Shown piece by piece: positions 9,911-21,136 of a stretch of 42,601 nt of DNA (its first letter is position 1; every line of letters starts with the position of its first letter). The notes under the pieces were generated by a model. It made no database searches and had not been told where the DNA came from. It saw nothing but the letters and a program-made list of their open reading frames with translations. Where the stretch lies: assembly GCA_937927665.1 (NCBI GenBank), contig CALBRY010000216.1, positions 1 through 42,601 on the forward strand, read 5' to 3'. Source of the stretch: an uncultured Chloroflexota bacterium. GTDB lineage: Bacteria > Chloroflexota > Anaerolineae > Aggregatilineales > Phototrophicaceae. A program made the translations under genes and the position numbers.

Positions 9911-11293
9911 TCAGCCTCCAAAGATACTCAGGCTGTCACCCGCCAGATCAACGCCGACAACCGCGCCTTCCGGCACGCCGCCTGTAATTTCGCTGACCTC
10001 TTCCCCTTGCAAGCCGAGCGTTACTTCGACTTCCTCAAGCTGCCCTGCCGCGTTGACCACGCTCACGAACGCGAGATTATTCGTACGGTCAAGCCGGATA
10101 TACAGGTTCGGCACGATCAGCACATTTTCGCGCCGATCCACCACAACCGCCGCTTCCGCCGTCATTCCGGCACGCACACGCGGATCATCTGCCTGTTCGA
10201 GCAGCACGCGCACATCGTAGCTGACGATTCCCGCATCGCTGCTGCTGATCAGCGCGATTTGTTCCAGTACTGCCGGAAAATCGACCCCCGGCAGCGCATC
10301 CAGCGAGACACGCGCCGTCATGCCTTCCCGAACCTGACGAATATCGATCTCGTCTACCTGCACAATGAGCCGCAGCGGATCGATATCGTTGATCGTAAGC
10401 GCGGGCAGTCCTGGCGCGGCAATGGCACCAACTTCGATTGTTTGCGCCGAAATGAACCCGTCGAACGGCGCGGTGATCTGCATCCGATCGAGCGCTTGCT
10501 GTGCTTGTTCAAGATTCAACTGTGCTTGAGCGATCTGTGCTTCGGCACGATCGATTTCTACCTGAGTCGCACCTGCCTGCAAGCGTTCGAGTTCAAGCTG
10601 TGCTTGTTCAAGGCGCGCATATGCCGCACCAAGCTGTCCTGTGGTTCCGGTTCGCAGTGATTCAAGCTGCATGCGCGCGATTTCGGCATTGAAGCTCGCC
10701 TCGCCTACACGCGCATCGAGCAACGCATAGGCAGCATCAGATTGACCGCCGGAAGCCGTCGCCCGCGCTTGTACTGCATCGGCGACCGCCTGCTGGGCGG
10801 CTTGATAAGCGAGTTCAGCGGCTCGAATATCTTCAGGCGTGACCGCATTCGCGACCGCCGCGACTGCCGCTTCTGCCGCCTCGACATTTGCCTCCGCGAT
10901 TTGAATTTGCCCCGCGTCCGGTCCTTCTAACAGCCGATCCCGCTGAATTACTGCTAGATCGACCGCAAGCTGTGCCTGTTCGACGGCGATCCGCTGGGTT
11001 TCGTCAATTTGCCGCGCCAACACATCCCCGGCAAGCACGTAATCGCCTACCTGAAAATAGACATCCTGCACCCGCCCCGGCGTGGTGAAGCTCAGGCTTG
11101 CCGATTGATCCGCCTCAATCGTGCCAAGCGCGGTAACGGTGACTTCAACAATGCCGCGTTGGACGACGGTCGTCTGAAGTTCGGTTACGGTCGTTTCCTG
11201 ATCTGCCTGCCGATTGGCGCGCACACCGAATGCGATCACCGGAATGAGCAGCATCAGCAAAAAGAGAACAATGATTGAACGACGGACACGCAT
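9911..11293 (-). CDS. Efflux adaptor (HlyD/MacA-like membrane fusion protein) 1
   Basis: N-terminal TM helix, VQDVYFQVGDYV, ITAPFDG, GMTAEA..VPN; start trimmed to ATG 11293. Confidence 0.9.
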   Translation of the reverse strand: MRVRRSIIVLFLLMLLIPVIAFGVRANRQADQETTVTELQTTVVQRGIVEVTVTALGTIEADQSASLSFTTPGRVQDVYFQVGDYVLAGDVLARQIDETQRIAVEQAQLAVDLAVIQRDRLLEGPDAGQIQIAEANVEAAEAAVAAVANAVTPEDIRAAELAYQAAQQAVADAVQARATASGGQSDAAYALLDARVGEASFNAEIARMQLESLRTGTTGQLGAAYARLEQAQLELERLQAGATQVEIDRAEAQIAQAQLNLEQAQQALDRMQITAPFDGFISAQTIEVGAIAAPGLPALTINDIDPLRLIVQVDEIDIRQVREGMTARVSLDALPGVDFPAVLEQIALISSSDAGIVSYDVRVLLEQADDPRVRAGMTAEAAVVVDRRENVLIVPNLYIRLDRTNNLAFVSVVNAAGQLEEVEVTLGLQGEEVSEITGGVPEGAVVGVDLAGDSLSIFGG

Positions 11294-11398
11294 TCTGTTT
11301 CCCCGTAGCGCTTTTCGTGATCTTATAGTAACTGCATCCACACATCTTTACGGTAATGGCGTGGTAAGTGTTTCATGGGTACTTCGTGAACACCTCTC

Positions 11399-11447
11399 TA
11401 GCGCCTTCGGAAGGATAATGGTAAGATGCGTGTGGGATTCTTCACAA
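11399..11447 (+). promoter_or_regulatory. rex promoter with downstream Rex operator
   Basis: TAGCGC-17-TAAGAT with extended TG, followed by GTGTGGG-ATTC-TTCACAA (11430-11447), compared with the Rex consensus TTGTGAA-N4-TTCACAA. Confidence 0.7.
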
Positions 11448-11498
11448 TTGTAATGATCAGATCATCGTCTTTACGGCTGCTCCAAGGAAAACCGCCTC

Positions 11499-12119
11499 AT
11501 GTCGTCTAATGACATCCCCGATATTGTGATAAGCCGTCTTCCGGTCTATCTGCGCGCATTGGAACGGCTGGCGCAAGAGGGTCATGAAGTCACATCTTCA
11601 CATGAACTGGGCAAGCGGCTTGGTATAAGTTCCGCGCAGATTCGCAAAGACCTGTCGCATTTTGGCGGATTCGGCAAGCAGGGTACGGGCTATCGCATCG
11701 CGTTTCTGCGCGAACAGCTCCGTCAGGTGCTGAAGGTCGAACGCGATTGGGAAATCGCGCTGATCGGCGCGGGTGATCTGGGCAGCGCAGTTGCCCGGTA
11801 TCGCGGCTTTGCCGAACGCGGTTTTCATGTCACAAGCGTGTTTGACAGCTCACCGGAAAAGGTCGGGCGGCATATCGGCAGCTTTAAGATTCAAGCTATC
11901 GATGAAGCGCCGCAGATCATCCGCCAGCGCGGGATCAAGATCGCGATGATCGCCGTTCCTGCCGAAAAAGCGCAGGAAGTCGCCGATATGGTCATCGCTG
12001 CCGGGGTCAAGGCAATCTTGAACTACGCGCCGATTAATCTGAATGTGCCGCCGGATGTCCATGTGCAGTACATCGACCCGGTGCTGCATCTTCAGCGGAT
12101 GACGTACTACCTAACCTGA
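11499..12119 (+). CDS. rex: Redox-sensing transcriptional repressor Rex
   Basis: RLPVYLRAL, SAQIRKDLSHFGGFGKQGTGY, GAGDLG NADH loop, ILNYAP. Confidence 0.97.
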   Translation: MSSNDIPDIVISRLPVYLRALERLAQEGHEVTSSHELGKRLGISSAQIRKDLSHFGGFGKQGTGYRIAFLREQLRQVLKVERDWEIALIGAGDLGSAVARYRGFAERGFHVTSVFDSSPEKVGRHIGSFKIQAIDEAPQIIRQRGIKIAMIAVPAEKAQEVADMVIAAGVKAILNYAPINLNVPPDVHVQYIDPVLHLQRMTYYLT

Positions 12120-13123
12120 CCTAATCTAAGCTGCATCAGCATCGACGGATCATTGAGTGCGCGTCCTGCGCCCACTGCCGCCGCGATCATCGCGTTATCA
12201 GCGCGGTATACCGGAACGCCTGTCTCTCGTGTCAGGTATTGGTCAATGCCGCGCAGAAGCGCGCCACCGCCTGTCAACACAATTCCACGATCGATAATGT
12301 CTGATGCGAGTTCCGGCGGCGTATTCGACAACACACGCTTCACCACATCGCTGATTTCGCGCAAAGGTTCTTGAATCGCTTCGACAACTTCGCTGGTGGC
12401 GATTGCGATCGTGCGCGGCATCCCGCTCACGTTATCGCGCCCCTGCACATCCATGCTCGTCTCTTCGACACCGGTCACCGCCGCGCCTACCTGAATCTTG
12501 ACGGATTCGGCGGTTGGCTGACCGATGCTCAGGTTGTACTTGCGCCGCACGTATGCGATCAAGGCGTCATCGATGCGTAACCCGCCGATTCGCCCACTTT
12601 CGGCGCGCACAATCGTATTCATGGTCAAGACCGCCGCTTCGGTGATTCCGCCGCCGATATTGACGATCATATCACCGGCGGGTGTGCCCACCGGCAGCCC
12701 TGCACCGAGCGCCGCCGCCAGCGGTTCAGCGATCAAATACACGCGGCTTGCGCCCGCATCGAGCGCGACTTCGTGGGCGGCTTTACGCTCCACACTGTTT
12801 GCGCCGAACGGAATAGTCATCATCACATGCGGCTTGAAAAAGCGCATGCGCCCGCCTACCTGACCGAAGAAGCGCTCTAACATCACAACCGTTACGTCGT
12901 AGTCGGCGATCACCCCATTTTGAAGCGGACGCACGATTTGAATGTTCTCGTCGTCCACCTTACCAAGCATCTCACGTGCAGGTTGACCGATCTCGACCAC
13001 CTGATCCGGTTCTACTGTGAGCGCTACCAACGACGGTTCACGCAGAACGATCTGTTCATTTTCATAGATCAAGCAGTTGATCGTTCCGAGATCGACGCCG
13101 AATCGTTTCTGGAAAAGTCCCAT
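12107..13123 (-). CDS. mreB: Rod shape-determining actin homolog (MreB/Mbl family)
   Basis: GVDLGT, RPLQNGVIAD, EPLAAALGAGL, TPPELASDIIDRGIVLTGGGALL; start trimmed to ATG 13123. Confidence 0.92.
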   Translation of the reverse strand: MGLFQKRFGVDLGTINCLIYENEQIVLREPSLVALTVEPDQVVEIGQPAREMLGKVDDENIQIVRPLQNGVIADYDVTVVMLERFFGQVGGRMRFFKPHVMMTIPFGANSVERKAAHEVALDAGASRVYLIAEPLAAALGAGLPVGTPAGDMIVNIGGGITEAAVLTMNTIVRAESGRIGGLRIDDALIAYVRRKYNLSIGQPTAESVKIQVGAAVTGVEETSMDVQGRDNVSGMPRTIAIATSEVVEAIQEPLREISDVVKRVLSNTPPELASDIIDRGIVLTGGGALLRGIDQYLTRETGVPVYRADNAMIAAAVGAGRALNDPSMLMQLRLGQVR

Positions 13124-13168
13124 ATTTGCTCTCGAAAGGCAGCGCCTTCTGGCGTATACACGGCGGGG

Positions 13169-13177
13169 ATTATAACA
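13169..13177 (-). promoter_or_regulatory. Extended -10 promoter for mreB
   Basis: TGTTATAAT on the minus strand, 45 nt upstream of the ATG. Confidence 0.55.
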
Positions 13178-13191
13178 CAATCAGCGGGCAC

Positions 13192-13225
13192 AAAAACGAA
13201 GGGGCAGCTTTTCGCGCCCCTCCGT
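13192..13225 (-). terminator. Intrinsic terminator of the atp operon
   Basis: Minus strand ACGGAGGGGC-gcgaaaagct-GCCCCTTCGT followed by a T run, downstream of atpC. Confidence 0.75.
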
Positions 13226-13250
13226 CTGTGCTGCGATAACCCGACGAAGG

Positions 13251-13709
13251 TTATTCGTCGTCCTTCTCGCGTTCTTCGATGATACGCATCACCTGTGAAC
13301 CGCGCGTTTGAATCTTGCGCTGGATTCGCAGCGCCAATTCGGCACGACGGAGCGCGAGTGTCGCTTCGCGGTTGAGTTCCGCAGGGACGCCTTCTTTGAC
13401 CATTTCGGCAGCGCGTGCGCGTGCCTGTTCGGCGGCTGTGACATCAATGTCATAGGATGATTCGGCTAAGTCCGCCAGAACAACAACTTTATCCGGGCGC
13501 ACGTCGACCACACCGCCGTAAATGGCGAAGCGTTCTTCGGCGCGCCCCTTGCGGACGACGAGTTCCCCAAAGCCGAGTGTGGTGAGGACAGGTGCGTGAC
13601 GCGGCAGCACACCCATCTCCCCTTCAGCGGCAGGGATCAACACCATGTCCGCTTCCGGCTCGCTGAATACGAGCCGTTCTTGCGTGACGATTTCGACCGC
13701 AATTGGCAT
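13251..13709 (-). CDS. atpC: F1 ATP synthase epsilon subunit
   Basis: VEIVTQER, GEMGVLPRHAP, GGVVDV; last gene after atpD. Confidence 0.96.
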   Translation of the reverse strand: MPIAVEIVTQERLVFSEPEADMVLIPAAEGEMGVLPRHAPVLTTLGFGELVVRKGRAEERFAIYGGVVDVRPDKVVVLADLAESSYDIDVTAAEQARARAAEMVKEGVPAELNREATLALRRAELALRIQRKIQTRGSQVMRIIEEREKDDE

Positions 13710-13720
13710 AATGATTCGCC

Positions 13721-15178
<1,458 letters not shown>

Positions 15179-15182
<4 letters not shown>

Positions 15183-16468
15183 TGTTCGCGCCCTGCGTTT
15201 AACTGATCTTGATACGCCTTCAACCCATCCCAATCGCCGCGCGCGGCAAATTCTGCTTGCCGTGCCCACGTCGGCAGGCTGGGTGAAAAGTTCATGCCCG
15301 CATTCTGGATTGCCGCCCGCAGTTCGCTTTCGCTGGCAGCAGCGACCTTATCAAAGGTGTCAATTCCGGCAGCTTTTAGCGCCGCTGACATCTTCTTGCC
15401 GATCCCTTCGAGCTTGGTCAGATCGTCGGTTTTTTCTGCGACAGCAATTTGCGCTGCGCCGCCCACCTGCTCCGTTTTGACCGGAGTCGCAGGCTTCACG
15501 CGCGGCTGTTCAGCGATTGCCAAACGATGCGCCTGAAGAATTTGTTCGGCTTCTGCATCAATGCTCGCCTGAAGCGCCTGAGCGCCGCCAACGATATCCA
15601 GAATTTCGTTGGTGATGCCCGCCTGACGCGCTTTGTTGTACACGAGCGTCAAATCTTCGATCAATCCGGCGGCGTTGTCGCTGGCGTTACGCATGGCGAC
15701 CATACGCGCTGAATGTTCACTCGCCTGACTTTCGAGCAGCGCTTGATAAAGCTGAAGCTGCGTAAAACGCGGGACAATTTCATCAAGAATGGCGGCGGGG
15801 TTCGGCTCATACTCGTAATCGCGTCCGCCGGTGCTGACCTGCGGCGCGTTCTTGATGTATTCTGCAGCTACTTGATCGCTCGTTTGATACGGGATCAGCG
15901 GCAGCAAGCGCGACACCACCGGGCGCTGAGTGAGCGTATTGACATAATCGGTATACGCGACAAACACTTCGTCCACGTTCCCCGATAGAAATTCATCCAT
16001 CACGATACGGGCAATCGGCATGATCGTCGCCAGCGTCGGCTCTTGCGAAATATCGCTAAATTCCGCCGCCAATGGCTGACCCGCACGGATGAGCGAATCG
16101 CGTCCTTTGCGACCGACCGCAACCCATTCGACCGGCATTTTTAGCCGTTCAGCAAAACGGCGCGCTACGCGGATGATATTGGTATTAAACGCGCCCGCCA
16201 GACCGCGATCGGATGTCACCAACACGATCTTGATCTTGCGGACTTCGTCACGCGGGGTCAGCAGCGGATGGAGCGCCGCCCCTTGCCCGCCCGCATTCTG
16301 CACATTCAGCAGGATTTCCCACGCTTTTTCAGCAAAAGCGCGGCTGGCAAGCACACGCGCTTGCGCCCGGCGAACTCTGGAAGCGGACGACGCCTCTAGA
16401 GCGCGGGTGATCTGCGCGATGTTCTTGACACTGCGAATGCGCTTGCGAATCTCTCTCGTCGATGCCAT
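15179..16468 (-). CDS. atpG: F1 ATP synthase gamma subunit with C-terminal helix-hairpin-helix domain
   Basis: IRKRIRSVKNIAQIT, SDRGLAGAFN, SEHSARMVAMRNASDNA, RQAGITNEILDIVGG, then 130 extra aa including DDLTKLEGIGKK. Confidence 0.96.
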
Positions 16469-16495
16469 GAGGGTGTCCCCTTTTCTCTGCGGGAC

Positions 16496-18022
16496 TTAGC
16501 CCAGGAAGCTCGTCGTAAAATCCATAATCGCCTGTTTCAGAAGCGCGTCAACATCCGGCTTGATATCGAGATCGGTCGTGATGCGTTCCGCAACTTCAGC
16601 ATACTGGCTGTGATATGCGCGCAGGAATGCCGACTTCCACTCGCTCACACGTTCGACCGGAACATCGTCGATCAAACCGCGTGTGCCTGCATACAGCAGC
16701 GCTACCTGATCCGCCAGCGAGAGCGGTTGATACTGCGGCTGCTTGAGAAGTTCGGTTAGGCGCAGACCACGATTCAACTGACGCTGAGTCGCCTTGTCCA
16801 AACCGCTCGACCCGAACTGCGCGAACGCGGCAAGCGAACGGAACTGCGCGAGGTCAAGGCGAAGACCGCCCGCGACCTTCTTCATCGCTTTGGTTTGTGC
16901 ATCACCACCCACGCGGCTGACGCTGATACCGACGTTCATTGCGGGGCGCTGACCGGCATTGAACAGGTCACTTTCAAGGAAAATCTGACCGTCGGTGATC
17001 GAAATCACGTTCGTGGGGATGTATGCCGACACGTCACCGAGCAAGGTTTCGATGAACGGGAGCGCGGTCAAGCTGCCACCGCCGCGCGCATCGCTCAACT
17101 GAGCGGCACGTTCCAAGAGACGGCTGTGCAGATAGAACACGTCGCCGGGATACGCTTCACGCCCGGGGGGACGGCGGAGGATCAAGGAAACCTGACGATA
17201 TGCCCAAGCATGCTTGCTCAGGTCATCGTACACAACGAGCGCGTCCATCTTGTTTTCCATGAACCACTCGCCGATGGCACAGCCCGAATAGGGCGAGATG
17301 TACTGAAGCGCCGCTGAGTCAGATGCCGACGCCACAACAACCGTCGTGTATTCCATCGCGCCCGCTTCTTCAAGCTGAGCGACCAAACGTGCCACCTCAC
17401 CGCGCCGTTTGCCGATGGCGACATAGATGCAGTAAAGGTTCTTGCCCTTCTGGTTGAGGATCGTATCGATGGCGAGTGCCGTCTTGCCTGTCTGACGGTC
17501 GCCGATGATGAGTTCGCGCTGACCACGCCCGATCGGGGTGTTCGCGTCAATCGTCATGATGCCTGTCTGCACCGGACGGTTGACGTTGCGCCGCGCCATC
17601 ACGCCGGGGGCGATACGCTCAATCGGGTAGTATTCCGGTTGAGAACCTGCTTCAACCGCAATCGGACCCTTGCCGTCAACTGGCTCACCGAGCGCATTCA
17701 CAACACGACCGACCAACCCGATCCCCACCTGCACAGACGCAATACGACCGAGCGGGCGCACTTCGTCGCCCTCGTTGATGCTGTCGTACTCGCCCAGAAT
17801 GATGCACCCAACGTTGTCACTTTCAAGGTTAAACGCCAAGCCAAGCGCGCCATTGGGGAACTTGACAAGGTCGCTGTAACCGATGTTATTCAAGCCGCGC
17901 ACACGGGCGATGCCGTCGCCTACTTCTTCAACAAACCCCACTTCAACCGCTTCAACAGATGGGGTAAACTGCTGAACACGCTGCAAAATTGAGTCAAAAA
18001 ATCCGTTGGTCACTTCCGCCAT
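16496..18022 (-). CDS. atpA: F1 ATP synthase alpha subunit
   Basis: [45 protein letters not shown]. Confidence 0.99.
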   Translation of the reverse strand: MAEVTNGFFDSILQRVQQFTPSVEAVEVGFVEEVGDGIARVRGLNNIGYSDLVKFPNGALGLAFNLESDNVGCIILGEYDSINEGDEVRPLGRIASVQVGIGLVGRVVNALGEPVDGKGPIAVEAGSQPEYYPIERIAPGVMARRNVNRPVQTGIMTIDANTPIGRGQRELIIGDRQTGKTALAIDTILNQKGKNLYCIYVAIGKRRGEVARLVAQLEEAGAMEYTTVVVASASDSAALQYISPYSGCAIGEWFMENKMDALVVYDDLSKHAWAYRQVSLILRRPPGREAYPGDVFYLHSRLLERAAQLSDARGGGSLTALPFIETLLGDVSAYIPTNVISITDGQIFLESDLFNAGQRPAMNVGISVSRVGGDAQTKAMKKVAGGLRLDLAQFRSLAAFAQFGSSGLDKATQRQLNRGLRLTELLKQPQYQPLSLADQVALLYAGTRGLIDDVPVERVSEWKSAFLRAYHSQYAEVAERITTDLDIKPDVDALLKQAIMDFTTSFLG

Positions 18023-18073
18023 CGTGGGCTCCTGCTCATGTGAGGCTAATCTGTGCTGACTTTAATGTTCTGA

Positions 18074-18147
18074 ATTGTAACGGATGCACGTCTGTCTGTC
18101 CACTTTTTCACAATCATGATTGATCTTATTTGTGAAAGCGCTCAACC
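18074..18147 (-). promoter_or_regulatory. atpA promoter with two Rex-like operators
   Basis: TGGACA-17-TACAAT (18102..18074). TTGTGAA-AAAG-TGGACAG (18113..18096) overlaps the -35; GGTTGAG-CGCT-TTCACAA lies at 18147..18130. Confidence 0.62.
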
Positions 18148-18180
18148 ACCGTTCACCCCCGTCCGTGTAGCACAAACGTG

Positions 18181-19038
18181 CTAGCGCTCACCCTCCCCCC
18201 GGTTGTCGTGCGCCTTTTCTTGTGCGTCTCCTAACGACACTGATTTTTGATATGCTGCCCATATCGACCGCGAAAGCACCGTTCGCAAGCCGCCCTTCTC
18301 CATCTGATAAATCGCCTCGGCTGATGTGCCGCCGGGACTCGTCACCTGATTGCGTAACTGCGCCGGATGCAGCGACGATTGCAGTGCATAATCGACCGAA
18401 CCGCGCATCGTATATAAGACTAGGCGTTCGGCATCTTTGCGCGAAAATCCCATATGGACGCCCGCGTCGATCATCGCTTCCATGAACAGGAACACGTAAG
18501 CAGGACCTGTACCGCTCAATGCGGTTGCCATATCGAGATATTTCTCGTCGTCCATGTAGAGTTCTTCACCCAATGCGCCGAGCAAGCCTTTTGCTTGAGC
18601 GCGCATGGCTTCCGGCACTTCCCCTGTTGCCGTCCACACGGTGATTCCCTGTCCGATCTGTGCGGGCGTATTCGGCATGGCGCGCACGATACTCGGATTC
18701 AGCAACCCATCGGCAATGGTGCGAATGCGCACCCCGGCGAGAATGCTCAGGATCATTTTGGCATCGTGCGCCACGCGCCGAAGTTGAGGAACGACATGTG
18801 CCAACATCTGCGGCTTGATCGCAAGGATCAAGATATCAGCGCCGCTTGCTGCCTCATGGTTATCGGCGGTGTAGCGCAGCCCGTAGCGCTCGACCAGTTC
18901 CGCGCCGCGATCCGCGTTCGGGTCGGCAGCGATGATCTGATCAGCATTGAGGAGTTTTTTATTGATCAACCCCTTGATCATCGCCTCCGCCATCACCCCG
19001 CTGCCGATGAAGGAGACGGTCATATTTTGCAGTGTCAT
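18181..19038 (-). CDS. proC: Pyrroline-5-carboxylate reductase
   Basis: FIGSGVMA, AIKPQ, RAMPNTP, ALSGTGPAY, VTSPGGTS. Confidence 0.97.
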   Translation of the reverse strand: MTLQNMTVSFIGSGVMAEAMIKGLINKKLLNADQIIAADPNADRGAELVERYGLRYTADNHEAASGADILILAIKPQMLAHVVPQLRRVAHDAKMILSILAGVRIRTIADGLLNPSIVRAMPNTPAQIGQGITVWTATGEVPEAMRAQAKGLLGALGEELYMDDEKYLDMATALSGTGPAYVFLFMEAMIDAGVHMGFSRKDAERLVLYTMRGSVDYALQSSLHPAQLRNQVTSPGGTSAEAIYQMEKGGLRTVLSRSIWAAYQKSVSLGDAQEKAHDNRGEGER

Positions 19039-19054
19039 CGCTGCGCCCCTTTAT

Positions 19055-20209
19055 TTATACCGTATGATAAGGATACGACTGTTTCCACATCTCAGCCGCC
19101 GCCGCGATGCGATCCGACTGCACCTGCACGCCGATCCCTGCCCCCGCAGCGACCGCGATCCGACTTTCCGCGCCAAGCACAAATGGCGGCTCGGAAATAT
19201 CCTGCTTGAAATAGCGGCTGGTCGCAGAAATATCACACGGCAGTGTGACACCCGGCAGCGAAGCGAGCGCGAGATTTGCGGCGCGCCCAACGCCTGTTTC
19301 GAGCATCCCACCGATCCACAACGGCGTATTCGTCTCGACACACACCCGGTAGATTTCAAGGCTTTCGGTGTAGCCGCCCACGCGTGAAGGTTTCAGGTTC
19401 AAAATGCGACACGCGCCGAGTTCCAGCGCCAAGCGCAGATCGTCCGCCGATTTGATACTTTCATCAAGACAGATGGGGCTGGCAAGCTGAGGCTGTAACT
19501 TGCTGTGCTGGAAAATATCATCGTGACCGAGCGGTTGTTCGAGCATGAGCAGTTTGAATTCGTCCAACTGCTTGAGATGGTCCGCGTCATCGAGGGTGTA
19601 GGCGCTGTTCGCGTCCAGCATCAACAGAATATCCGGGTAAACGGCACGCACACCGCGCGCCAATTCGACATCCCAACCCGGCTGAATCTTCAGCTTGATG
19701 CGCTTGTAACCTTCGTTCACGCGCTTGGTGATGATGTCGAGCGTTGCTTCGACAGTCGGCTTGATGCCGATGCTCACGCCAACATTGGCGTACCCGCGTG
19801 AAGCGTGTCCGGCGGGCAGGTGCGCGGCGAAATAATCCGCCAGCGGCATGTTATTGGTTTTCGCGATTGCGTCCCATACAGCGGCTTCGACAGCGTGTTT
19901 TGCCATCGGATGACCGCGCACCGAACGGATCAAATCAGGAACTTCGGTCGCATCGCCAATCGTCTTACCCAGTAGGAGCGGCACGAGGAATTCTTGCAAA
20001 ATATGCTGCGCCGTCCCCATCGTTTCGCTGCTGTAACCGGGCATGATCTCGGCAGTGGCTTCTCCCCAGCCGATCACCCCGGCGTCCGTTTCCAATTCGA
20101 CCAGAATCGCAGTCTTGAACGGTTCTTCGCCAAAGCTGGTACGGAGCGGCTCAACAAACGGGAGCGCGACAGAATGCAGGCGAATGTTTCGTATCGTGAT
20201 AGCGCGCAT
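19055..20209 (-). CDS. menC: o-Succinylbenzoate synthase / N-succinylamino acid racemase (enolase superfamily)
   Basis: IKLKI, DAN, EQP, DES, KPSRVGG, WIGGMLETG; adjacent GNAT gene favours the NSAR/OSBS subfamily. Confidence 0.85.
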   Translation of the reverse strand: MRAITIRNIRLHSVALPFVEPLRTSFGEEPFKTAILVELETDAGVIGWGEATAEIMPGYSSETMGTAQHILQEFLVPLLLGKTIGDATEVPDLIRSVRGHPMAKHAVEAAVWDAIAKTNNMPLADYFAAHLPAGHASRGYANVGVSIGIKPTVEATLDIITKRVNEGYKRIKLKIQPGWDVELARGVRAVYPDILLMLDANSAYTLDDADHLKQLDEFKLLMLEQPLGHDDIFQHSKLQPQLASPICLDESIKSADDLRLALELGACRILNLKPSRVGGYTESLEIYRVCVETNTPLWIGGMLETGVGRAANLALASLPGVTLPCDISATSRYFKQDISEPPFVLGAESRIAVAAGAGIGVQVQSDRIAAAAEMWKQSYPYHTV

Positions 20210-20234
20210 GAGACTTCCTCAAAAGTGGTGGTGA

Positions 20235-21134
20235 CTAAAAAGTAAACTGCTCGGACTGCGGTCCGTCGTAGCTCAATACATAGAAGGCGCGGCTGCGTCC
20301 TTCATAGGTTTCGCGCAGGAAATCGGTCACGACGTAGCCTTGCGCGAATACGCTCGTGAATACGGCGCGAATGTGATTGCGCCACGCGATCGCCAAATCC
20401 GGGTTACGCTGCTGAATTTCCGGCGTATTGACGGGGATTTCCACAAGCGCGAGCGATGTTCCCGGCTGGTAAATCTCGTGTCCGGGTATGGGATCGTCGC
20501 CGTCGAACACGGGCGGATTCAAAATTGTCGTTTCCGCCTCGCGGTATTGACTCAGCACAAGCGGGGCGCGATTTCCTGAAATCCGCTCCTCGACGCGGCG
20601 GCGTGTCACCCACCATTCCACCAGCAGTCGATCCGATGAGCCGAGCGACGCAAGACCGCCTTCGGGACTACTGCCGTAGTAATCGACGAGATAGCGCGGG
20701 CACAATGCGCCGAGCTTACGAACGTTCAAATGTGCGTTGAGCGCCAACAACGGATCGAATGTCCACACAACCAACCGAATCCCCTGCCGGATCGCAATAT
20801 CGCGCTGTACCAGTTTCAAGCGGTAGCCGATCCCGCGACTGCGGTACTCTGGAAGGACAACCATACGCTTGCTGGCGATTTGAAGATTCGCCATCGCGGG
20901 ACGGGTGGCGTCTTCCATATTTGTCCCCAAGAAACCAACCAGCACGCCGACCGGTCTTTCGCCATCAAATGCCGTGAGCACATGCCCGCCGTAATTGGCG
21001 AGCGAAAACAACATATGCGCCGGAATGACCGATTCGAGATCTGTTCCCCAATAGCTCTTCTGAAGATCGACCACTGCCCGCATGTCATCGAGCGCCCGCA
21101 GCGGACGGATGGTTATGCCATCATCCTGACTCAT
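20235..21134 (-). CDS. GNAT-family acyltransferase (putative D-amino acid N-succinyltransferase)
   Basis: VLPEYRSRGIGYRLK acyl-CoA motif, WTFDPL..NAHLN..KLGA, SDRLLVEW. Confidence 0.85.
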   Translation of the reverse strand: MSQDDGITIRPLRALDDMRAVVDLQKSYWGTDLESVIPAHMLFSLANYGGHVLTAFDGERPVGVLVGFLGTNMEDATRPAMANLQIASKRMVVLPEYRSRGIGYRLKLVQRDIAIRQGIRLVVWTFDPLLALNAHLNVRKLGALCPRYLVDYYGSSPEGGLASLGSSDRLLVEWWVTRRRVEERISGNRAPLVLSQYREAETTILNPPVFDGDDPIPGHEIYQPGTSLALVEIPVNTPEIQQRNPDLAIAWRNHIRAVFTSVFAQGYVVTDFLRETYEGRSRAFYVLSYDGPQSEQFTF

Positions 21135-21136
21135 GT

